64,000 bases of DNA, from NCBI GenBank assembly GCA_951406725.2, contig OX597818.1:15438001-15502000 (forward strand). The letters run 5' to 3'. The position numbers and the translations under genes are program-made. The stretch comes from Octopus vulgaris (taxonomy: Eukaryota). This document shows, in pieces, positions 54,976 through 64,000 of this stretch (positions within the stretch are counted from its first letter, which is position 1; each line of letters begins with the position of its first letter). Under the pieces are notes generated by a model that was not told the origin of the DNA, searched no databases, and saw nothing but the letters and a program-made list of their open reading frames with translations.

Positions 54976-57574
54976 GTTTCTTTATTAGCCACACAGGGTT
55001 GCACACAGACGGGACAAATTACAAGGTAGAGCTTTTCTTTTTGGGGATAAAAAAAGGGGGTTTGGTTTTCGATCAAAAGGGATCGTAAAAGGAAAGAAAG
55101 AGGAAAGCAAAAAAAAAAAAAAAAAGGAAGGGGAATAAAAATAAAAGGAAAAAGAAAAAATCGATAAATAGGGATCGTTACCACAGAAATGTCAATATAA
55201 AGTGTAAAGGGGAGGACAGGTGAGGTTTACCCCCTGGAAAGAAAAACCTACGGAAAAGACCACGGTAACCTCGGTCAATGAAGTCACATGTTATATATAT
55301 ATATATATTTTTTTACAAATAAGCAACTCTCTGTATTAATTTTTACGGTTCATCGGATCATAGTCAAGATGGCTTCGTCATTCATACGTGCCATCCTTGC
55401 TACATTCACCCATCTTTTTTTAAAACATTCGCTAGACAAAACATGCCTCTCTACTCTCCCTTTCCTTTTCAAGTGATACTTGAAGAAGTTGATGAGAGAT
55501 TGACCAGAGAGGAAAGTGTTTGTCTCTAATCCTTTCAGGCGCGTCCACCAGATACATTATTTCGCCATAGCCACAAGTATGATAAAAATAGCTCTGCCTT
55601 CCCGTTTGAAGGAAGGAGGCGTGACGATATTAACGATAGACTCGGCTGATAAACCGACACGTCCCACACGTGACAGCAGTCATTCGACATAAGCCCACAG
55701 GTCGGAGATTGTTGGACACTGCACGATTGCGTGCAGAACGGTTTCGTCGCTCTGACCGCATCTCGGGCAGGTCGGCCCCGTGTTTCTCGAGCCATGCCTA
55801 TAAAGCTTATCCCGAACGGGTAGCGCTTCTCGGTAGCACTGCCAGGCCAGGGATCTCTGGAAGTTGTCCATAGGTCCCGGCCCGAAATTCGTCTCAAACA
55901 GGCGGGTCAGGTATTCCTCGTCGACGCCCAGGTTCGCCCCAAGATCGTCGTCCAGGTTCGCCCCAAGATCGTCGTCGTACCTCCCCTCCACTAATCCCCT
56001 ATAGAATGTTGTGTTGAAGTCACTCAAGGTCGACCAGGGACGGCAGAGTTGCTTGAGAGCAACGCGACACTCGTGGTGCCATTCGCCCTTCCTCGGCCTC
56101 TTTTTGATCCACGACTGCAGTTCTGTCATGGAGACGAGCTGCGGGAAAGCGTGCCTCACAAACGGCGACTACACGTCGTCTACATAGAGCCGGAGATGTC
56201 GCAGTCTCAGCGCGTGTCTGCACATCATCAACCACGGCATGCCCAGCCATCCTTTTAACGGGTGTTGACAGCAAATGGATCGCCTGACCATCGGGACGCA
56301 TCCTTTCCACAAGAAGCGGAAGAGAATGCGTTCTAGTTTGGTGATGGTAGGGTCGGAACAAGGTACGACGGTCAGGCGGTAGTAGATGATGGACGCGATG
56401 TACGTGTTCGCCACCTCCGCCCAACCTTTTAGGGACAGTTACCTCTCGCCCCATTGCCGGGCGAGAGTGGCCACCCTACTTGTTATCTCGTTCCAGTTCT
56501 TCTCCATTTGGAGGTTCGGACCGAACCAGACCCCGAGCAACTCGACCGGGCCGTCCGTCCAGCGTCCCACGATGGAGGTGCTGGTGGACGGCATGAGCTT
56601 GCTTCTCCAGGTGGCGAGCCGCAAGCCCACTGACTTTTCCCGGTTGATTTTTGCTCCTGTCACTGCTTCGTAGTCTTTCAGTGTCTTGCCGACCAGCTCG
56701 ATGTGCTCGTGGCTTGACACTATGACGGTGACGTCGTCCGCGTATGCAGACACGCTCGTCCCGCATCTCAATTCTCGCGGGATGCCCCTCAGAGTCGCCA
56801 GCTTCCGCAGTAGTGGATCGAGAGTCAATACGTCTAGAAGCGACGAGTGGGGTGGGGGCGTCCCTGACGGACCGAACGTACAATGTCGAAAGGTCTCGAT
56901 AGATGTCCATTTACGCGAATTACCGAACGGATACCTCTGTACAAAGCAGCTATCCAACCGCGGAAGACGAGACTGAAACCAGCCGCTCTCAGGACTGCCT
57001 CCAAGTATCGATGGTGTACCCTATCGAAAGCTTTTGATTGATCCAAATTGATCAGGGCCCCACCCATGCCAGGTTCCTTAACTACTTTGTCTATGATGTA
57101 GCGCATCAGATAGAGGTTGTCATGGATGCTCCGGCCCGGCACGGCGTACGTTTGCGCCTTGTCGACCAGTTTCTCGATGACAAGTGCCAACCTCTTGGCT
57201 AGCACCTTGGTCAAAATTTCCAGGTCTGCATTGAGCAGAGTGATGGGCCTAAAGTTATCTATAATGTCCCCCTTGTTTGGATCTTTCTTCAACAGCGTTA
57301 CGGCTCCTCGACTCACAAAACTGGGTATGCTCCCGTTTTGCTGCCAGTTGCAGTATACCGCTGTCAAAACGTCTCCAAACAAGTCTGACATACAATTGTA
57401 AAACTCGTAGGGCAGACCATCCAAACCCGGCGATTTGTCTCTCGAGCATTCTGCCATTGCGTCCCGCACATCTGCCGCCGTGATGGCACCTTCGTAGCAC
57501 TCTGCCTCTCTTGCCGAGAGTCGTGGCAGGCTGTGCAGGTAGGCACTGAAGTCCACCCAGCGTGCGGTTGTCAT
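54976..57574 (-). mobile_element. L1/Tx1-clade LINE ORF2 (RT plus C-terminal CCHC), pseudogenised and cut by the Merlin insertion
   Basis: KSPGLDGLPYEFY, NFRPITLLNAD, LDQSKAFDRVHH, VRQG, SAYADDVT, CPRCGQSDETVLHAIVQC; 3' end aataaagaaa next to (TA)n. Confidence 0.93.
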
Positions 57575-58005
57575 GGTAACAAGCTGCTAATGACATGCTG
57601 TCTGTTGATTGGCTAAAATGGCCCAAATTTCCCAAATTTAATTCCAAATAACATCAGATTTTTAATTTATGGGATAAAGTAATTGGTTGATCGTAATCAA
57701 TATTCAGAGTTACATTGATACACAAAATTGAAAGCAATCCGAGAAAAATTAAGTGGGGCCCATTTTGCGAATGAGAAAGACTAGAACCAATAAGCAGCAC
57801 AACGCCAAATAATGTCAGTTTAAAATTCCTTCTCCCTTTTTTCATTTTTTTTCTTTATCTTCAAATATTCCTACCAGTCAACGCCAAAGAAAGTCAGCTG
57901 CAAATTTCTTCTCACTCTTTTGTTTTGTTTGTCTTCAAACATTCCTATTCAGTCGTCAATACACAAGCGTTAAGTTGTATTATACACTTGGTCTTCAACA
58001 ATAGA

Positions 58006-58950
58006 ATGGCACTTTGCAATTCATGTGAATCAACATTACAAGATGAAATTCGCCGATTTAATAATGACAGTGAGGCACTAGATTTCTTTCGCAAACACAA
58101 TGTTATTCCCAGTTCAGTAGATTGCCCTAGATGTCATTTAGCTTGTACACTCCGTGAAAACACAAGCATCTTCCGATGTCAAAGCACTGTTCGCCGTCGA
58201 AGACAAAGGCCCATGGAATGTGGATATTCTATATCCCTATACGACAACACTTTTTTGGAGCGGAGTCAGATACCACCCTGTAAAATTTTCTGTTGTTTGT
58301 AAACTACTTTCTCACAGACTGTTGGTCTCATGCATTAGTTATGGAGAATTTAAGGATTTTATATCCGACCTCGATTGATTGGTGATCCTTCTGTTTGGAG
58401 GTTTGTCAGCATTGGGTAGAGAATTACCAGGATCAAATCGGTGGACCAGGAGTCGAAGTAGAAATTGATGAAACGGTTATCGTAAGAAGAAAATATAATC
58501 GTAGAAGACTGATAAAAACTGTCTGGCTTTTCGGTGGGATAGAGCGAGTAACAAAAAAGAAAATTTTTGATACCTCTTTCATCTGAGTGTAGTGAAGAGG
58601 AAAGGCGAGATGCCGCCACACTGATCCCTTTAATTACTCGATATATACGCCAAGGGTCCATAGTATATAGCGATTCTTGGGCTGCATATAATTCTCTGGG
58701 AAATCATGGGTATACCCACTTTCGGGTCAACCACAGCGAAAATTTTGTTGATCCTACAAACGCGTCGGTGCACACTCAGATGATAGAGAGATTGTGGGGG
58801 TCAGTTAAGTGATCAGTTGTTCGCCCAGGCATTCGTGCCAATTTTTTAAAGCAATACCTCTCTAGATTCCTATTTATGGAAAGTATTAAACCTGCTGCCA
58901 AGAGAATACACGCATTCTTATCCTGGCCCGAGATAACTTTTTTCCTCCAA
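58006..58950 (+). pseudogene. Merlin/ISXO2-like DDE transposase, frameshifted
   Basis: Zn ribbon CPRC...C...C; QIGGPGVEVEIDET, KYNRRR, VWLFGGIER, IVYSDSWAAYNSL, HFRVNHSENFVDP, HTQMIERLW across three frames. Confidence 0.9.
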
Positions 58951-59330
58951 ACGCAATCCATCTCATTTCTTTATCATCACTGTCGATGGACCACTCAAAG
59001 AGGTATATATACATAATCATTTTCATAACATAATTTCTGTAGTATTTCAAGATGTTTCTGACAGCATTTTGGTTCACATGGCGGAGATGTAAACGGAATT
59101 CCTTTCTCCACTTTAAATATATTTCATTTTGTTATGGATTGCCATGTTTTTGGTATGGAAATTCCGATTCTGAGAAAAAAATTTTTTTAATCACAACTTC
59201 AAAATTTCAATTTCCCAACATTTCTTCACTTTTTCCGGAATTTCTTCTCTCTTTTTTCTTTTTTTTGCGAAGTACGTTAAAAAAATACGGAGTTTATGAT
59301 TTCCTCTTTGTGTGTGTGTTCTTGATAATC

Positions 59331-59813
59331 GTTTAGAACAAGTAGTTTTACACCAATTACACTATTTTTTTTCTTTTCTTCCAGCCCAGGTCAAACACCA
59401 TAGTTTAAAGGCCATGGACTGAAGATGTGAATTTTCCGAGTCCTCTCCCCCACCGTCCTTTCGCGAGCGCGCATTTTTTTTTTGTCATATTCGTTTAGAG
59501 CAAGTTGTTTTACACATATTATACTATTTTTGTTTTTGTGCCCGGGTTAGACCCTCAGACGCTTTCGGAAATTCACGATGTGAATTTTCCGAGGCCTCTC
59601 CTCCACCTCTCTTTCGCGAGCGCTCATTTTTTTTGTTATATTCGGTTAGAGCAAGTTCTTTTACACATATTACACTATTTATTTTTTGTTTTTGTGCCCG
59701 GGTCAGACGCTTTCGGAAATTCACCATGTGAATTTTCCAAGTCCTCTCTTCCACCCCCTTTCGCGAGTGCGCGTTTTTTGTCATATTCGTTTAGAGCAAG
59801 TTGTTTTACACAT
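59331..59813. repeat. Tandem repeat of about 145-160 bp inside the Merlin element, left part
   Basis: Marker gtttagagcaag recurs at about 59331, 59493, 59644 and 59789, together with cagacgctttcggaaattcac and ctttcgcgagcgc. Confidence 0.9.
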
Positions 59814-62800
59814 CCTTAAATCCTTAAAAATGTTTCAGACTGAAGGCCGCGGCCATGCTGGGGCACCACTGTTGAATGAGCTACACTAGTATGTGAAACC
59901 ACCTCTGATACGTGGCACTTGATCAATAAGGGAGTCCGATGCCGCTGCCCGCATCTGTGTTTCCTGCCGAGAGGTAGGTTCATCTGAGACCCCCGACAAG
60001 AAGAGATCCAGTTTAGTTTTAAAGAAACCCACATCCACACCATGCAGGTCTCTTAGGCATTTAGGGAGGATGTTGAAGAGCTGTGGTCCTCTGAAACCCA
60101 AGCTGTTGCAGTATCTGGTTCTGTATTTTGATGGTGATGTTGGAATCTTTGGCACCATGCAGTGGCGCCCCGTTCTGCATTTGGGGTAACTTTGAATGCC
60201 AAAGTTTGGGACAAGACCCTCCAGGATTTTCCAGATGTATATCACTGCATATCTCTCCCGCCTTCACTCCAGGGAGAAGAGTTTTAATACTTTCAGTCTT
60301 TCTCAGTAGCTGATATGTTGCATTGAGATGATCTTCTTAGTGTAGCTTCGTTGAATTGCTTCGAGTTCTGCTGTTATTGTGTGGTGACCATAGTTGGGAG
60401 CAGTAATCCAAGCGGCTGAGAACGAAAGTTTTCCACAGGACCATCAGTGTCTCCTTCTCTCTTGTTCTGAAATTCGGAGAATCCATCCAGCTAGCCGCCT
60501 GCATTTTATCACCAAATTAGTAATATGCACTTGGAAAGATGCCCAGGTCACGCACTGATTTTGACTCAGGAATTACAATTCTTCCCGGGCCAGGGTATCC
60601 AGTCTGCATGTCGTTTACCTTTGTGTGCCGGTAGCGCAGGGCCTGGAACTTCCCTGCATTAAACTGCATGTTGTTGTCCTCAGCCCACCTGTATATTGTA
60701 TCCAACTCCCATTGCAGATGTGCAATATTTTCAGGGTTTTGTATTGTGTGGGAGACTTTTGTGTCATCTGCATAGCTATCGAGGGAGGCCATCTTAGCAA
60801 CTGAGGGCATGTCTGAAAGGGCCACTATGAACAGCAGTGGCCCCAAGACAGTGCCCCGTGGAACACCGCTTGTTATTTGTGTTTCCTTGGAGGTGGCTCC
60901 ATTGGCCACAACTGCCTGCTTTCTATTTTTTAGGAAGTTGTGCAGCCACTCTCCAAGTTTTCCGCCTATGCCGAGACCACGTAGTTTGTGACAGATCATA
61001 CCATGGTCGACTTTATCAAGGGCTTTTGCAAAGTCGAGATATATCATATCTACATTTGAGTCATTTAGTAGCTGTTTTAACACCCAGTCATAGTGTTGCA
61101 GGAGCTGTGTTAGGCAGCATCTACCTGGTCGAAATCCATTCTGGGTGTCAGTCAGCAAGTCATTTTCTACAAGGAACATGATTAGTTTCTTGCGGACTAT
61201 TCGTTCCATGACTTTGCTGATGTGTGAGGTCAGAGAGATAGGCCTATAATTTTTAGCATCTGCTCTGTTTCCTCCCTTATGGACAGGGTATATTACCCCA
61301 TCTTTCAATTTGACTGGGAGCTTACCACTTGCAAGAAAGCTCTGAAAAAGAAGCTGTAGCGGTTTTGCAAGGGCTCGTTTGCACGATTTGAGACGGATCG
61401 CTGGAAATCCATCACGTCCAGCAGCTGAGTTTGTGTCAATCTCATCTATGGCCAGTGTGATATCATCATCTTCAATGTTGATGTACTCAACTGTTGCCTC
61501 TTTGGCCACAGGTAAAGTGACAAAGAATTCTTCTGGGTTGTTTATTTGCCTGTGTCCTAGAGGTGTATTAAACACACTTTGGAACTGTTCATTCAGTATT
61601 TCACTTATTCTCGTGGGATTTCCTGTGAGAGAGCCATCTTTTTGGAAGAGAGGTCCTATTCTCTGGCGCACTGTGGCTGTCTCTTTGGCAAACTTAAAGA
61701 AAGCTTTAGGGTTTGACTTGATATTTTCTATTAACCAAGCTTCTTTATCTGCTCTCTCTTTTTCATGAGACTGATGCAGACTTTTCTCAATTTCCATTAG
61801 CATTCTCTCGAGACAAGACTTCTCACCACTTTTGGTGTACTTGCTCAGGTGGTTCGCAATCCTTGTCCGTCGTCTCATAAGAATCTCCCTTTCTCTGGGG
61901 ATCCTGATTTTGTGTGTGCTGGCCCTGCACACTAGGACATATTTGTCACATATGACTTGTATTATGAAACGTTGTGTTTCATGCCAATGTCTGGTGTGGA
62001 GAGACATTTAGGCCAATCCTGTTTCAGGATCTCTTTCTCAATCAACTTCCAATTTGCTTTATGAAAGTTTAATTTGGAGAGATTGTGGATGCTTCGTATA
62101 GGCTGTGTGTCTGCGGGGACTTTTGGTCCATACATAGACAGCTCTATTATGTTGTGATCCGAGATCATTGTCGGCATCACTTTAACATTATGGATAATAT
62201 CCATATTGTTTGTGAAGCAGAGATCCAGTATATTATTTGCCCTGGTTGGTTGCAACACTATTTGCTCCATGAAAGAGACATTTGTGAGATGGAGCAGGGA
62301 CTCTGTCTGTGCTTGCTGATGGTGTGTCATCCCTGGGAGCATCTGCCCCCCAGGCCATTCCACATTGGGGAAGTTAAAGTCACCCATGAAGAATACACTG
62401 TTGTGTTATTCCAGGCTGGTGAGAACTTCCCCTATTTTTGTTAGGCAGTCTTCAAACATGCCTGTGTGATTTGGGGCATCCGGTGGGCGATATGTAGTAC
62501 ATATGACGATATTCAGTTGTCTTATGTGTACAATTTGAGTGTCACACACTGAGTTTGAATATGACAACAGGATCTGGGGCGTGAGGTCATCTCGGATGTA
62601 CACTGCAACTCCACCATGACTCCTCCCTTTTTTATCTGAGCATATGACAACATATTGTGGTATGTTTATTTCTGCAACCCCTATATCAGGTCCAAGATGC
62701 GTTTCTATGAGTGCCATGCATATAGTTTGATTGCATGCCGCAAGGTCTCTCAGGAATGAGATTTTCCTTTTACAGTTGCCGCGCAGCAGCCCTCCTACGT

Positions 62801-63823
62801 TCAGTAGAAATATTTTTGTGGTGTGTGTGTTGGTGTTTGTGGTGGCCATCCTGCATCTGTTGGTGGTGGCCTTATGTGGTGGTAGTTCCAGCTTTGTGTT
62901 TGTAGCCAGGTCAGCTACTGGACAATTTTTTGTGCCATGCACAAAAAAAGATTGCTGTTCAGCTGCTGCCCTTCTCACATCTGGGTGAAGCTGGCCATTT
63001 GTTGGGCTATGCAGTATCTTTTTTGGACCACGCACTACATCTGCATATCGTCTTTCAGGAGTAGTCAGTGCGCCATTCTTCCTTCTTTGATATTTTTCTT
63101 TTTCTTTTTGTTCTCCCTGCGGGAGGGATTTTTGTCTTGGGTCCATGCGGTTTTGGCAGGGCTTCTGATGTGCAAAACGACAGTTTGCACCATCGTCGCC
63201 ATGCCAGCAGTCTCCTTTCAGGTAGAATTTGCAGATGCTCCTGCTTTTGCCCTTGTAGCTCTTCTGGTTGAGAGAACACATACCTTCATTTTGTTTTAGA
63301 AGAAAGAGAGATATAAAAAGACAGACCTTCGATGTTCCTGTTTTCAATATCTTGCTTGCGTTTTGTGAACAAAAAAGAGAGTTCCGATGTTCGTAGATGC
63401 AATATTTTATGTTTTGTTTTTATGTTTTGATCAGCTTGCAAATTTAATATTTGAACAATTTGATATCAGGCCGTAGCTTTTTAAAAGGAAAAGCTAGCAG
63501 GGTGAACAGAGCAGCAAATTTTTCTTTCTTTGTATATCCCTTTGCAACACGTGGCTTCAGCACATGTGTTCGGTTACTGATATCTTCGCGTCGGATAGGT
63601 TATCCTTTAAAGGTTATCCTTTAACTACATCATTTAAAGGTTATCCTTTAACTACATCAAAAGCAAAAATATCCTTCTCAAATACAGTGTACTTGTCGCA
63701 CTTTCCTACTATATTTGCTTTACAGGTAACTTCACTTCTGATAACATCGATCTCTTGGAGGTTCTACTAAACTTTCAGAGAGGTATATTTACACGACTTG
63801 CTAGTTCGGCGCCATCTTGAATT
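59812..63823 (-). mobile_element. Near full-length CR1-clade LINE (CCCH finger, APE endonuclease, RT) with stops and frameshifts
   Basis: APE: LLNVGGL, MALIETHL, HGGVAVYI, YRPP, MGDFN, ILDLCF, SDH. RT: NYRPISLTSHISKVMERIV, YLDFAKALDKVDH, GTVLGPLLF, YADDTK. Tail (tttaagga)2; 5' end aattcaagatggcgcc. Confidence 0.93.
63809..63819 (-). promoter_or_regulatory. YY1-like motif (CAAGATGGCGC) at the LINE 5' end
   Basis: Motif lies within a few bases of the insertion junction, as in LINE internal promoters. Confidence 0.45.
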
Positions 63824-64000
63824 ATATTACACTATTTTTTTTTGTTTGTTTTTGTGCCGGGGTCATCCCCTCAGACGCTTTCGAAAATTCACGATGTGAA
63901 TTTTCCGAAGCCTCTCCCCCACCCCCCTTTCGCGAGCGCGCATTTTTTTTCATATTCGTTTAGAGGAAGTTGTTTTACGCCTATTACACTAATTTTTTTT
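63824..64000. repeat. Continuation of the same ~150 bp tandem repeat
   Basis: atattacactat...cagacgctttcgaaaattcacgatgtg...ctttcgcgagcgcg...gtttagaggaag. Confidence 0.9.

Larger units (their letters stand above)
57575..64000 (+). mobile_element. Merlin (IS1016/ISXO2-like) DNA transposon; right end beyond the window; interrupted by a CR1 LINE
   Basis: Abrupt switch from Tx1 ORF2 to GGTAAC... at 57575 (Merlin termini start with GG); transposase follows; the subterminal repeat array resumes after the LINE. Confidence 0.75.

Noticed and set aside
55500-58950. Bacterial contamination or HGT (GC-rich block plus IS1595-like transposase)
   Set aside because: The GC-rich part is Tx1 ORF2, and Merlin is the established eukaryotic relative of IS1016/IS1595, nested among host repeats

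Overview
AT-rich, microsatellite-dense animal genomic DNA; the SINE repertoire points to an octopod cephalopod (inference). I reconstructed one minus-strand host gene by hand: 11 phase-compatible GT-AG coding exons from 52396 down to 2068, about 522 aa, with the 5' exons outside the window. It encodes an SVEP1/uninflatable-like type I membrane protein: HYR, sushi, a furin RKKR linker, two Ephrin_rec_like (GCC2/3) repeats, a TM helix and a tail ending in a PDZ-type TSL. A candidate intronic terminal exon could give a secreted form. The introns hold many transposable elements: a near full-length CR1-clade LINE nested in a Merlin transposon nested in a Tx1 LINE, an ORF1-only Tx1 derivative with a TSD, RTE 3' ends with a variable hairpin-repeat array, Penelope fragments and hammerhead motifs, Helitrons, MITEs and three SINE families. 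Two SINE families share their 3' tails with LINEs in this window. Several unrelated fold-back structures sit in (TA)n tracts. Most ORFs in the supplied track are repeat artefacts. All coordinates were read by eye and no database searches were run.
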